A stretch of DNA of 63,918 nucleotides, filler included, from Perkinsus olseni (taxonomy: Eukaryota): NCBI GenBank assembly GCA_013115125.1. It is 3 parts of 3 records of this genome, joined end to end, with 100 filler letters (N's around TTAATTAATTAA, not from the genome) between each part and the next. Parts side by side here need not be neighbours in the genome. Positions count along the whole stretch, not along the records: positions 24,134 to 48,122 come from JABANN010000514.1; positions 48,223 to 63,918 come from JABANN010000695.1; 1 more part is not named here. One strand, written 5' to 3'. The position numbers and the translations under genes were made by a program. Positions 36,391 through 49,353 of the stretch are shown one piece after another; position 1 is the stretch's first letter; each line of letters starts with the position of its first letter. Under the pieces are notes generated by a model. It was not told the DNA's origin, did not search any database, and saw only the letters and a list, made by a program, of their open reading frames with translations.

Positions 36391-38093
36391 ATGGGGAAGT
36401 TGACGTTTATCGGTCTAGGGCTTGGTGACCCGAAGGACATCACCCTGAAGGGTAGTAGTGGATTCACTCTAATCTTCCCAGGGTAGCATCCCTTAGGGCT
36501 GGACGCATTGCGCGAGGCCGACTATGTTTACCTCGAGAGCTACACCAGCGTCTTGGTCGGCCAGAAGCCTGATGACTTGAGAAAGGCGTAATAAGCTAGC
36601 GCTACTCGGAACGCGGTGTAGTGGAGCTGGTAGTTACGGTATTGAAGTGCCTTTCATCGAGGCTGATAGGCATCTAGTAGAGGGTGGCTGTGAGGAGATG
36701 CTGGAAAGGGTGATATAGGGGCGACCGTATCCGAGGTTCAAGCTCGCTTTTCATAGGCTACTGAGAAGAACGTCTGTTTCTGTGTTGTTGGTGATGCTCT
36801 TTGCGCCACCACTCACACGGACCTGTTCTTGCGGGCCAAGGCCAAGAACATTGAGGTGATGCCGCTCGCGATTTCCCGGTGTTGTGGTACTCCAGTGCGT
36901 TTTATCAGGTATCAGTTGTTCACAACGCTAGTATCATGAACGCTATCGCGTGCTGTGGACTGCATTTGTAATACCGAAGGGGGTCTTGCATCGCTCCATA
37001 GGGAAACGGGCCAGTCGGAGTCATTCGTCCTGACTTGCGTAGGAAGTCTGCCAAGAAAATTAGAGACTGAATTCAACTGTCACGGCTAGAAACCGCTCCT
37101 TGAGGAATGAATCTGAGCAGTTAATAGCCGAGACCATACCGGTGTGACTGTTCACAAGGTCTTTGATGAGTGCCTGAATTCGAACCTCGATGTACCACAC
37201 ACCCACCGCTACGTAAAAATCGTTCAGGAAATAAGGTTCGGGTTGCATGGAGTTTTGTAGTCCCGTTTCACGCTATCCTGATTCGAGGGGCAAAAAACTT
37301 TTTCGCAGGTATCGTTTCGGAGAGACTGTGTCGATTTGCTTTTGGGATGATTCTTGGAAGCCCGACAGCTACTTCGATAAGATAGCAGACAACGCTAAGC
37401 GGGGACTGCATACCTCGTGTCTTTTGGACATCAAAGTGAAGGAGCAGAGCATAGTTAATCTCATGAAGGGCAACGACATCTACGAACCCCCGAGGTAAGG
37501 TCGAGCAGCAATCGCACCGCTAGAGGTGTCAGAAAGAGCCTAGTCCTCTTTGAACTATCGTAGTAATAACAGTTGAGGCTTAACAGGTTCATGTCGGTTC
37601 AAACCGCGCTGCAGCAGCTGATGGAAATTGATGAGAATCGGGGCAACCCGGGGATTGTCGGGAAGGATTCCCTGGTCGTGGTACTAGCAGGAGCTCTCCA
37701 CCGAAGACTTCACTTCGAAACTTTCTCAGGGTGTAGCCCGCGTGGGTTGCAAAGACCAATCCATCGTCTTTGGCCGAGCTGAGGATGTCGCCTCTGACGA
37801 AGCCGCAAACAGGCTTGGCGGGCCTCTCCACTCGCTTGTCATCTGCGCTCAGGTAGTAGTGGTGGTGTATGGAACTGAGCGCGCAGGGACACTATAAACT
37901 GAGCGTAGTGACATAAATTCACTGTTATTCGAGGTCGCACACGTCTCCTCCTGATGTATGTAAGCCTTCCTAACTGAATAGTAGTAGTGACTATAGTATT
38001 ATTAATGCACGTCTTTTCTCATCACTCTCGTTGTAGGGCACCGAGGGACTCCAGGAGATGGAAGAGGAGTTTGTCGAGCAGTATCGGATATAG
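36391..38093 (+). CDS. DPH5: Diphthine methyl ester synthase
   Basis: [70 protein letters not shown] and GGPLHSLVI. Confidence 0.96.
37862..37987 (+). repeat. Dispersed intronic repeat of about 125 bp, copy 1 (last intron of DPH5)
   Basis: Aligns along its length with 39910-40034 and shares an identical 26-nt core, TGACATAAATTCACTGTTATTCGAGG. Confidence 0.85.
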
Positions 38094-38229
38094 TCAACCC
38101 TTGCTGGTGGTTAGAGACGTTCCTTCTGGTTTCTTATGCGACGATAAGATCTTTGGTTCAAGTTGGTTAAAAAAATCTTCGCTGTGCGCATTGGTATCTT
38201 TCACTCACTCAGTGGATTTTATATTGAGC

Positions 38230-41200
38230 ATGGGTAACTCAGAGAGTCGAGCTGTGTTATCTGACTATCTGGATGAGTTCGGGCAATGTGACTTGGCTGT
38301 GGACACGGAAGCGGCACCTCTGAAGGAGGAGTTTTGGAATACTATATTTGGTAATAGGGGGCCTCGTCTCATGATTTCTCTGTTTTCGAACTCGGTCGTT
38401 CGGGAGAAACTGGCATGAGCTAATCCATCCCACTAAGGATGCAATTCTCGGCGGGCCGGCGGGAGGATCTTTGTTATCGATGATGTTTAGGAGGGTTCAC
38501 AGTGTGTTCGCCTTGAAGCACTGCAAGTAGCGGCACTCACCGGCGTAGGCGTGGCGCGTTTCTCCGTTACAGACTGTTTGTGTAATAGAATACCAACTTT
38601 CCACCAGATCATATACAGCGAGCTGTGAGCCGATCCTGCAATTCGCAGCCAGAGTCGGCCTCGAATCTCATTGGATCTTCCCTACGGAGGTGTTACTTGT
38701 TAAGATACTCCGCTGAGCATCGAGGAGGTCTTCGAGATCATCACGCCTGAGTGGGTGAGGAATCTTCGCGACGAGAAACCTTATAATATGCAGTTCTTAC
38801 TGCGGAAGATAGTTGGCAAGATTGAAGAGGTAGCAGCAGTAGCATCAGCAGTGGTGCTAGTAGTGTCCCTTCGGTAGGTCTGCTCGACAGGCCTTACCGA
38901 TCACCAACAGGATGAAGGTAAAAGCATCACTCCAGTCGGTACAATTGTATAGTCACTTGAACCATTCAGGAGGGGGTAGCCGTGAGCTGACGTTGGGACA
39001 GCGAACCGAGGCTCTGCAGTGTGTTCGCCTGCTCACGCGGATTGCTCCATTTTTACTCGAGGATGTTGACGCTGAGGGCACCCTGACCTTGCTGTGGCAT
39101 GCCGGAGGGTAGGAGGCCCTTTGCTTGCCTCATTCTGTAGCGCTGTTGTAGGTTGGTGGTGAGAGACTGCGGGGACTCGGTGGTGGTGGTGGAAGCAGCC
39201 CGTCCACCGACGGAGCGAAGCACTAATGGAAAAGACGAGGGTAATGGCGTCTTGAAAGCATCGTGTTGATCTTCATACTTCTCAGAGGAGGTGAAGGATG
39301 ATGGCGCTAGTGAGGGCACCAGTGTGGAGGACGAAGCAGATCTAGCCAGCGCTCCGCTGATGTACAGGATACTTCGGGCCTTGCAGTGGCTGTTGTTCCT
39401 CAAGGACTTCACTGTGCTCGCTCCTCAAGGTAGTTAACTTGTGGTACTCGCGGCTCTGTGGGTAGACGTGGTTTGGAGGACTGATAGTCGATCCTTAAGG
39501 TAGTTGGAAATAGCGGTCGTTCCCAGCTCGCAAGACCCGCTTCAAGGCCCTTTTATTGAGATGGATTTCTTCGTTTGCGATCACCGCACATTTGGTTCTA
39601 TTAAGCCAGGCATGTTCCTGCAGGTGCATCCTTGCCCTTGCCAACTCACAGAGTGGAATCTGGATCCGTTTGGAAGGGCGGAGTTGGGACGGCCGAGAAG
39701 CTACCAGTGGCTCAGAACAGTAGGCTGCTGCTGCTGCTGCTGCTGCCGCTCCACAATACAGCATGCTCATCATCGCCGCTACTCCTGCCAGATGAGATAT
39801 TAAGTGCGCGCTGTGAGGTCCTCAAGTGCCTTCTTACCCTACTCAGCGAACCCCTCTTCCAGGTAGTAGTGATTAAATGGTTGAAGTTGGTTAAGGAAAA
39901 TTTCGGATCGTGGTGTTGTATGGAAGCGCGCTCGTGAGGCCGCTATGAACTGAGCGCACTGACATAAATTCACTGTTATTCGAGGCGGGCACGTCCTCCG
40001 ATGGACGTAAGCGTTTACTGACTGAATAGTAGTACTGATCGTAGTAATACTGGCTAATATCAGTGGAATATGTTGTTATTGGAAATTCCAGTGCATCATT
40101 GCTGTTCAACGACATACCGACAGAACGCTGAGGTACTAGAATCTATTATAGCTTCGCTGGTAGCATAAAATTTGATCCGAGCGATTGCGCATTTGAGTCG
40201 CGTGCAACTATAGCCGTCGGAACACAGTTACTGTGGGGACAGCAGCAGCATCAGCAGGCGTGAAGCCTCCTTGTCACTCAGGCAATATCCTCCTACTCTT
40301 CGGACCCCTCCAGGGTCCTGCTCACGTTTTGCAGTGGGGACCTGCCGTACAGCGCCAATCTCTTCTGTAGTCTCATGAGCACTGTGGTGGCCTACGACCC
40401 GAAGGGTTATGTAATAGCGGTTCTCTGAATGCCTAGTGATGATGAACGCCTTTTGTGTAGGGCCTGCCTTACGGTTCGGCATTTTCTAGCGGGAGTCAAG
40501 AGGCTCTGGTGGACCTTTCCTCGCAGGTGGAGACCCTGGGTTCGAACCCTGGCGCTGTCGATTTTACCGTGCAGGTATTGTGTGCCGTATTAGACTTCAA
40601 TCCCTCTGCGGGAAATGCCGGCTCGGAGATGGTAAAATCACATCGGACTGGGACTGGCCCAGAGGAGGCGAGCAACAACTCTGAGAAGGAGGACTCTAAT
40701 ACGGAGGAGGCTGTCGCAAGGAGGAGTAAGAGGCGCCATCTCGCTTACGATCACGTATCGGTGTGGTTGTAATTCATCTCCGGATTTTGAAGAAACACTA
40801 TCATACTCGTGAAAAATTGCTAATATTAACACTACTCATTTAGTGAATAATTATGCTTCTTTGCTGCGTTTAGGGTTCTCTTCTTGCGCCTTCCCTCCAA
40901 CTGGATCGGACGGAGATGCCTCCAGGCCACGCAACGTCTACAGGATAATGGCTAAGGGAGTTGATAAGCCCACCGAACTCGATTTTATAGTAAGATAGGT
41001 CCCGGGTTCGATCCCTGCTGCTTGCATTTTTCGTCACGTTCAGGCTGATGGTTTGGTTCGAATCGTGGCGACAGTCGATGACGCCAAGCAGACTTACCTC
41101 CCCAGCAGCCGGAAGCCGGTAAGGTTCCCCCGCGGCCCTCACGCCCACAGCAGCTGGTGGTCCCGCAGGTACCGTTCTTCCAGGAGTCCCTCATATTACT

Positions 41201-42990
41201 ATGGCATTTGATCACGATCAACCCGGCCTTCCGGAAGAGGCTCTGTAGTCGCCACACGGAGGATGTAGTAGCGATCATCCTGCCTCTGGCCTCGGCAGGC
41301 TCGGGGCCCGGCGGTCCATTCTTCCGACTAGCATCGGACTAGCCACTCGCGTAGATGAGTTTTGATATACCTAGTACCACTCCCTCGATACTGTTAGCGT
41401 GTCCCTATGCTCCGCCCACGTGTGTCCTCAGATCCTCCACCCTCTTTTGGACCTCCTCGTTTCGTCACGGAACTCTCAGGCGAAGATCGGCCTCCTCCAC
41501 ATGTGCAGTTTTATCCTACTCGTGCTCAGCAGTGGTACGCTGGCTGATCGAATCTTTCGAACCGACCAGCATGGTGTCCCCTCAGATCGTGACTTTGCAG
41601 TGGCCCTTAATGCGCCATTCAAAGGCAGGCGACTTCAGGACGTCCCAGTGGTAGGTTTCCGTTCACTGCGTAGGAGTCGAGTGTGTTTTGGAGTCAGTTC
41701 GCTGGCACCCTGGCCGATCTGATGACGCTGAGTATCTATCGAGTGGTGTCTGATGCGTTGTTTGTCGCTGCCACCGCCAAGTCACCAACAACAGGGGCCG
41801 AGAGTCTGATAGACATGATGCTCACGTCTCTCTGCAATATGTAGGCTGTGCAGTCCGGCATGCCTCGAATACGGTGGAGCGGATAGTCGTTCCGTCCTTC
41901 AACCCCGAGGCCGTTGGTTCGATTCCCTGGTCTCCCTTTAGTTCGGCATATGTAAGGAGTTTCTGTCTGGAGTCGTGTATAAAGATCCTTGACCTACTGA
42001 AGCGCTTCTCAAGACCCCACTGGCTCTTCAAGGGACCCCTCAATCACAACGCCGTGTTTTTCATCATCGAAAGCCTCAATAACGTGGTAGGTAAAACGTA
42101 CCCGATGGGGCCGCTGACGCTGATGACAGATACAATACCAATACGAAGGGAATCATCAGCTCGTCTACTCAATCCTCCGCCATAAGGAGGTTTTCGACTC
42201 GCTGAAGCAGTTGAAGGTGGCCGACCGGCATCCGGGCTTTCGGCGTGGCGGAAGATTCTTCTCAGTTGCCGAAGCCGAGCCCTTCAGTGTCCACGGTGCC
42301 CTCCACTGCAGCAGAATCCTCGGTCGATGGCGATCATGGAGCATCAGGCCAGGAGCAGGCTTCCCAAGGGAGCGGTGTGGCTCATCATTCGCACTCGGAA
42401 GTTGATCTGCTGTGGGTTCAGGTGAACACCCAGTGAATGAATTCGACGAGTTTGGTAGGGCTGTTGGTAGCCCGGAAGAACGAGTGAAGAAACAGACAGC
42501 TCTGATGCACCAGGCGGCCGGGGCCAGCGGTATGGGTTTGATCGCAGCCACCGGTATGCTGAAATGAAGCTCTTTAGGTGACCCTTCTGCTGCCGAACAG
42601 AAGTGGGCTCCAACGGAGGCGTGGCTGGAAGAATGGAAGAACAAACTGATGCAGAAAATGGAAACTATTGATCGCCTCTTCAACGCTCTGTATCCGAAGG
42701 TCGGCCCTTTTTCTGATCCTATTGCCGAAATCCATTACTCTCTGCAGATCGTCTCTGAATGTGAGTCCGAAGGTGTGACTGACCAGAACGGCGTACTGGA
42801 GCTTCTGAAGGACACGACGATGGTCGGAATCCTTCCGGTGCCGCACCCGATCGTCATCAGAACCTACCAGCAGAATGCTTACACGCAGCTCTGGTTCACT
42901 AGTTACCTTTGGGGTGTCATTTTTACGAGGTCCCAGGCGTTGCCATTGTATGACTGGAAGAAAATCCAACTGATTCTCATCAATCAGTAG
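38230..42990 (+). CDS. HID1: HID1 domain-containing Golgi protein
   Basis: N-myristoylation-like MGNSES, EEVFEII..VRNLRDEKPYN, ALQCVRLLTRIAPFLLE, IGLLHMCSFILLVLS and ILPVPHPIVIRTYQ.N....WF.SYLWGVIF. Confidence 0.9.
39910..40034 (+). repeat. Dispersed intronic repeat of about 125 bp, copy 2 (HID1 intron)
   Basis: Matches copy 1 at 37862-37987. Confidence 0.85.
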
Positions 42991-43113
42991 CAACATTTTT
43001 TCAACACACTAAGCAAGGACGTGTCTCATTGTGAGCTGCTTCCGTCTTTCGTTCATCAGCTCTTCAATTCCAGCCGACTTTTTAGTTTTTTCTCCGTATC
43101 CAAAGACAAAGCA

Positions 43114-43381
43114 ATGAGCGCGTTGTTCAACTTCCAGTCCCTACTCACTGTGATTCTTCTCACCATCTGCACATGCACTCTCCTGAAGCCCAGGTTCCCA
43201 TCTTTCATTGATAATCACAAGCCCGGTTTCGTAGGTAAGTATTGATAGCCCTTTACGGCCAGCGCCAACGCTGTTTTCTTCAGGCTTTTTCGGTCGATTC
43301 GCAGTGATAGGAGAGCGGCTCAGCCCGTATGTATCGCTGGCGTGTATCATTATGGCGGTGGTGACATTATTTCTGCGTTGA
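43114..43381 (+). CDS. TMEM167: Protein kish (TMEM167), 2 exons
   Basis: [22 protein letters not shown]...[25 protein letters not shown]. Confidence 0.95.
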
Positions 43382-43737
43382 TTGAATCCTCACTGCAACT
43401 GTCTCCTTGTTTGATGTTGAGTTAACATAGTTGGCGGCACTGGCCAGTTGCTATGATGGACGATTAATGAAGGCTACGTTGAGAGGTTTCAATGAAACCG
43501 TTTTGTGTTAAAGCAATTGCCACCACATAACTTTCGCTGAACAAGTTGAACAGCAGCTGTGCAGCCGTGCGAATGCGATATCCGTCGGCAGCACCGTGCT
43601 GCTCAGCAATCGTTCGATATCTTCTGGTTGTTAGCCAATTACTCCAGCGAACGCATCACTCGGAAGAACTCAACAACAGCGTTAAAAAGAATCGTCAGTA
43701 TACAAATGCGTCACAAATGTGATTGATTACGTAATTA

Positions 43738-46700
43738 TCATCTCCATGTTGCCAGAGCTCTCTTGATGTGACCGTGGCTACAATTCCCTTCCATCAGAGT
43801 AGACCATCTCCTGCCGTCAGCCACACATTGCTCTTCGCTCGCCCGAAGCGGAAGATACCATCTCTCGCCCTCCCAATGGACGAAGTATCTGAACCCTCCC
43901 TCAGCCGCGGCCTCGATACCATCAGCCGATCTGCTAGACCTCGCCCGTTGATCGACCTCATCGTCGGGCTCGATCTTCAATCGCTTGGCCTTCACAGTGC
44001 CAGGGTCTGGATAGTCACTCAGCTCCCAGGGCTGAACGATCGTCTGGCGCGACTTTAGAACCGCTCGAGCGTAGAAATCGGCGAGGCCACAAATGTCGGA
44101 GTTCCGTCCCTTAGCGCTCTCCTCAACGAGCGCATTTATAAATTTGTTCAAGTCTTGGTAGGTAGGCTGAACTCGCTTAACCCAGGCCTCGACCACCTCA
44201 CGGTCGAGCTGAGCTTGGCGGACATTCTTGCGTGCTGGACACACGAGGTCGAACTCAGGGGCCCTCTTGACGTAGCGGAAGCCGTAGGAGAAGTTTTCGA
44301 TGTCTCTCAGAGTAGGCTGAATGACGATCCGAGGAAGGCACGAGTCCCTTCCATCGTCACCAGCGGAGGCCGGCACACTACTCTGACCAAGCGAGCTCGC
44401 GTCTTCGCCGCTTTTGAGGAGATCAGCCTCCGTCTCATTGGCCGATGATTCAGCGGCCAGTGATGCTTGATCTTCGACGTGTTCTTTGATGATCTCGACA
44501 GCATGCTCACGACCAGATTGCCAAGCTCCGTCGACGGTACCGAAGGCTTTGATACTAGTGTACTCACCAGCCAGTCTGAGGGCTCCTTTGAAGGAACCGA
44601 GAGGTTTACCCAGGCTGTGCAGATTCTCGGAGAAGCCAGGCAGAATCTTACAGAAGGCGGTCTGGATGAGGTTGTCAGTGACGAGATGCCTGCCGTAAGG
44701 ATCAGGGATGGTAGTGCATCCCTTGAACAGACTCGTGAGCGCCACCTTGACAAATGTATGCCAGTCCTGAGGGTTGCGGGGGGCCGCAGAGGAGATACAA
44801 GCCACCAAGATCGCCTTGAACTGGAACGCTCGTGGAAAATATTTCGTCACATTGACGAAGCGCAAACAGCTCGTACTTGCTATCTTGAAGACCGCCAGAT
44901 CGTCCCAGCTCTCACAGCCAGGAGACTTCCACTCTTCCGGGAACGGCGTGCGCTCTCCTTGGTCCCAAGGCGCAACCTTAAAAGCGTAGACCAAGCGCTC
45001 GTCAAAACCAGCCCAGAGTCTCGACAAAGACTCTCTCAAGCGGGTAAGCTCGTCGTCGGGGATCCCCGATATTTGTAGGGCTGTAGCTCCCATGGGGGAG
45101 GGCAGGACGGAGATCGGGTCAGCTCTCTGGACGACTGGAAGCGGCAAGCAAATGATAACATTCTTGCAGAGTACAAACCTGACGTTGGTGCCACGGCCTG
45201 GCAGAGTAAACCACACGACAGAGGTCCACTGATTGACGCCATGGGGACCATCAATTTTCCTCACCCGAGCACCGCAGATGACCTCTAGCCTGGACTGGTG
45301 ATTCTTCACCATGTTCACGACCTCGGACATCATCACGCCCCAGCCGATCTGCCGCCCGTCGTAGATGAAACCGCCGTACTCTCGCGGTCGACCTCTTCCC
45401 TTCTTGTCATCCTTAGCGAACTGTACCCAATCCCGGATGGTAGCAACCAGATCCTCCGGGGTATCGTCGCTGAGCTCCTTCTCATCCAAACCCTTGGCGA
45501 CAAAAGTGGCGAGCTGGCCAGGATCAAGGCCCCGCAAGGAAGCCACTACCGTGAGGATGTCCCGAAAGGTGAAATCAATAGCTCTCGGGCTACCACCAGC
45601 TTCCTCTTTGGCCACGTTTTTCATATTCATGATAATCTTACGAGTAAGATACTCTGATTCGACCACAGCTCGAGAGAGCTCTGGCGCTCCTGTGTGCGTG
45701 AATTCCGATGCACGCATGTAGTCCAACACGGCCTCGGCCTCGGGAGTCTTCGACGTCCCGTCGCTCGTCTTCTCGGTAACAAAAATTATGAACTGCTTCT
45801 CCTTGACAGTGCCGTCTCTCACCATTGACAAATAGTGAGAACGGAATTTGTCGTACACAGGTAGAAAGGCGTCATCCTCACAAGGAAGGAGGAAAGCTCC
45901 GACCACGCACGCTTGATGAAAGGCAAAGCAAGCATCTACCATATCCCGGCTGACTGGGGAGGTGCCAAAGAAGAAGCCGGTGTCGTCGGCTGTGAGACTC
46001 TCCCAGCGAAACTTCGTATTGCTGTTGATCTTTCTGTTGTTATTCAATAAATACGTGAGCTCGGAGGTCTCAGGAGATGCGGTCGCGAACCAGGCACAGG
46101 TGTTCACGGTGTTTATTTGCTGACAAAGATCTCATCAAAAATGCACCGTCCGCGATTCGAACCCGCGCGGGTACGTATATGGATACCGCCTTACATCAAT
46201 AGCGACGCTCCGCATCGCTCTGCCTCCGAGCTGCGTTGGATTTGCCTCGAGTAGAAGACAATTGCTATCCGGCCTGGCAATGTCAGCGAAGGCGGTCGCT
46301 GCTGCTAAGCCCGCAGTTCCGCCGCCCACAATGACGATGTCGAACTTCCCTGAAAAAATAAACCGAGAATAAAAGTTAGCCCATCCCGGTCTTGGAAGGA
46401 CGCACCATAGCAATACTCGTGATCAGAAGCGTCCAGTCGGTCGCCCTGACTGGGGAAGCCCTTGAGGTTATGCCTGGCAGCATTCGTAGGGTCGATAGTG
46501 ATCGGGGCTTCTTGCGACACCAATCTGAAATGAGCTGGCTGTAGGACAGCGAGTACAGGACAGCTGGAGTGATCACCTTATAGTGATAGAGTGGGCGGGA
46601 GATCCTCCGTCCGCAGGTGTGTCACCGAGCGCGGTGACACGGTGTATGTAACCATGCCAGCGATCATCAAGCAGGACACGACGACCTGACGCAGGCATAG

Positions 46701-46878
46701 GGTAATGATTCTTCCAAAGGAGGCACTCACCTCTGAGGCCTGCCCAAAAGTTCGCAGACGCCCCTGGTGTGTCAGGACTGAGCCTTCCGAGGTCGATGGG
46801 TTTCAAACCGTCGCGAGTCGGGTCCCATCGTCCACCGATCTTTTCTCCACTGATACGCCGACCGTTGCGAGAGGTCAT
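43738..46878 (-). CDS. Flavin-containing amine oxidase (PAO/LSD1-like), divergent, with N- and C-terminal extensions
   Basis: IVIVGGGTAGLAAA, LLEA..QLGGR, NVIICLPL and LRLAGEYT...GTVDGAWQSG; one 2.37-kb uninterrupted exon. The start is uncertain. Confidence 0.8.
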
Positions 46879-47604
46879 TAAATCTAGCGCCAACGGGACT
46901 GCTCAGGATACTCAGAATATCCCATCAATGCTGGCTCGCGTCGAGTGCGCAAATCTAGGAGCTAGCGGACGGGCGCCTTGTCGCGAAGGGCAATCGGAAG
47001 GAGCTAACGCACCGAGTGCTGCGTGACTCAGAAGAGAACTCGCGGCGGAACCACCTGCGCATTGGAAAGCAAAAAACTGGCCTTAATACTTCCAACCACC
47101 GATCGAATGCTGCTGAGGAAATTCTCTGCAACCGATGAACTGCGAGAACCTCTGATGACGCAACGATCTTAAGGGACTTCGAAACCTCGAAAAACGGGAC
47201 AGAAATATGTTAGTAGCGTGCTAACCCATGATTTCCATCAGGCTTTCTGACAGGTTAGTTAATGGCAATTTGACCACCCTCACACTACCCGGTCCCCCAC
47301 GCTAAGCGTATACTATCATTGACAACAACCATCCTAGACCATGGTGATAAGGAGGGAAAGCACTTCGAATTTTTTTCGGTGAACTTGGCCCATAGTATCA
47401 ACAACGGCAGCACGCATGCACACAGCGTTGCACGCACAAACAGAGCAGGAAGCAGCAGTCATTAACCGCGAGTGGGGATGATGGACGGCAGACTTGTCGG
47501 AAAGCATACAAGTGACTGCTGGCCATCATACAAATAAAGCAGCTCGTGTGAATCAGACTCGGAACGAGCACAGTGTGTCGAAACTGAACGGGAAAACGGT
47601 CGAC

Positions 47605-48122
47605 TCACTGAGAATGGATAGCCAACTTGCTTTCTCTGGCGGTCATACTTCGAAGATAAGGAGTACTTGGCTGGAACATCGCCATCCGACCAAGCCAGGC
47701 GTTGACGCTATCACACAACCATGGCTCTAGGGCGGCAGTGAACTTGTTATTGAGGCCGATGGTATGAACACCCGTAGCGATACGAGGATCATCATCCTGA
47801 ATCCTCCAGACGACCTCGTCAGTGCATTCATTGGAAGGCATGCTGAACCGTGTGAAACTGGTGGATGCTTTGCATCCAGCCGCCGTACTGAAGTTGGTAT
47901 CGTTCATGGCACCGGGCTGAATAGTGAGAACACCGGGACCGAGAGTACGGCATTCGTGATCAAGGCATTTACCCCACTGAGTTAGGAAGCACTTTGAACT
48001 GTAGTAGAAGGCGTTGCCGCTTCCTATCGAGTGGGCTGCCAATGAACTCATGATGCAGACACGACCCTTTCTACGAGGAACGAAGTGATGGGCCATGAAG
48101 TACTGTGAGAGCATCACCTGTT
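47605..48122 (-). CDS. Short-chain dehydrogenase/reductase, C-terminal part (5'-truncated by gap)
   Basis: KGRVCIMSSLA, YYSSK (YxxxK) and VLTIQPGAM. Confidence 0.85.
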
Positions 48123-48222
48123 NNNNNNNNNNNNNNNNNNNNNNNNNNNNNNNNNNNNNNNNNNNNTTAATTAATTAANNNNNNNNNNNNNNNNNNNNNN
48201 NNNNNNNNNNNNNNNNNNNNNN
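48123..48222. other. Artificial 100-bp scaffold linker
   Basis: N44-TTAATTAATTAA-N44. Confidence 0.97.
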
Positions 48223-49002
48223 ACTGCATTGGACGAAGCTGCTCTTCAGTGCAACAAGTGCAGTTTTCGTGCAATCTTACTGACGATTCAGATATGCACT
48301 GATACTTTCAGTCAGAGCCAATCGGAAATACCTGAGAATCGATTATCTGGGCGCGCTCGGATTGGTCGATATTTGCGTTTGATCGTATAGTACATCCATT
48401 GCGAATAAGTCGTATGTCGGACAGACGAAGCGCCGACCGTCTCCAGCATCAACGGAAAGAGGACGATGCTAATTTTACTGTCAACATACACGAGACGTTG
48501 GTGGAGGATCCACTCACTGCCGCTGTGCCACTTAGATGGCGGAGAGATGGTTCAGAGTAGAACAGGAATCCCCGAAGCTGGCAAAATCGTCCTTTCAGGG
48601 CATCGCCAATTATCTCCCGAAGTGACAGCAGCGAGTCGGCATCTGCCGCTGGTACACGTACACGACCCACTAGCAGGCTTCTGCCTTCGAATATTGAGAT
48701 GAAACATGGAGGGATAGCTTTTTGGAAGACGCTCTCTCCATTGGTGTGCCGCATTAGATCAGATGCAAAGTTGTAGATATAGTTCCCGAGTAAAAGTTGG
48801 TATTTTGAGGCGCAGTTTTAAGCCGTGTATGCTAAGAATTTGTGGAGAAACTTTTTTACGACTTTTCGAGTTCTCACTAACTATGAAGAGTTAGGCCCTG
48901 AAACTTGGAGGTTATATCCTGGGAAGCATAAGAAAAAGCCTCCTTGAGTTACAGTTCCGTACTCGTCCAGGTGGCAGTGCACGAGTCGAAAAACCGGATA
49001 TG

Positions 49003-49275
49003 CTAAGAATTTGTGGAGGGGTGTACTGCAAAGTGCCTGCCAGCCACCTCCTCGATGAATGACAGAAATCTCGCCATCATCACACCGCACTCCCACAGCC
49101 TTGCGTAGGGCCCGTGCATGTCCGTGACGACTTGCCGAAAGTCGAGGGTACGACCACCCAGCAGCTCAACCCGCTCCTTCTCAAGACTCTCAGTGAGGGC
49201 TTCGTGGTTCGCACTCGGGCTCGTGGTGCAATCTATATACGGCATTGGGATGACGCGGAACGCCTGCAACGCCAT
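49003..49275 (-). CDS. Possible METTL21/Family-16 lysine methyltransferase N-terminal exon (remainder not found)
   Basis: GRTLDFRQ...YARLWECGVMMARFL resembles the family's pre-motif-I segment; no ELGxG motif found before the gap. Confidence 0.4.
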   Translation of the reverse strand: MALQAFRVIPMPYIDCTTSPSANHEALTESLEKERVELLGGRTLDFRQVVTDMHGPYARLWECGVMMARFLSFIEEVAGRHFAVHPSTNS

Positions 49276-49353
49276 CACTCAGGAAAACCCACATGCAGGG
49301 GTGCGAACTCAACGCTCGATGGGTCCAGGGGAAGCCTTTAGAAATCATGTCCA

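Noticed and set aside
40530-40553. T-arm-like CCTGGGTTCGAACCCTGG
   Set aside because: It lies within a HID1 coding exon (ETLGSNPG) and has no D-arm or anticodon arm.
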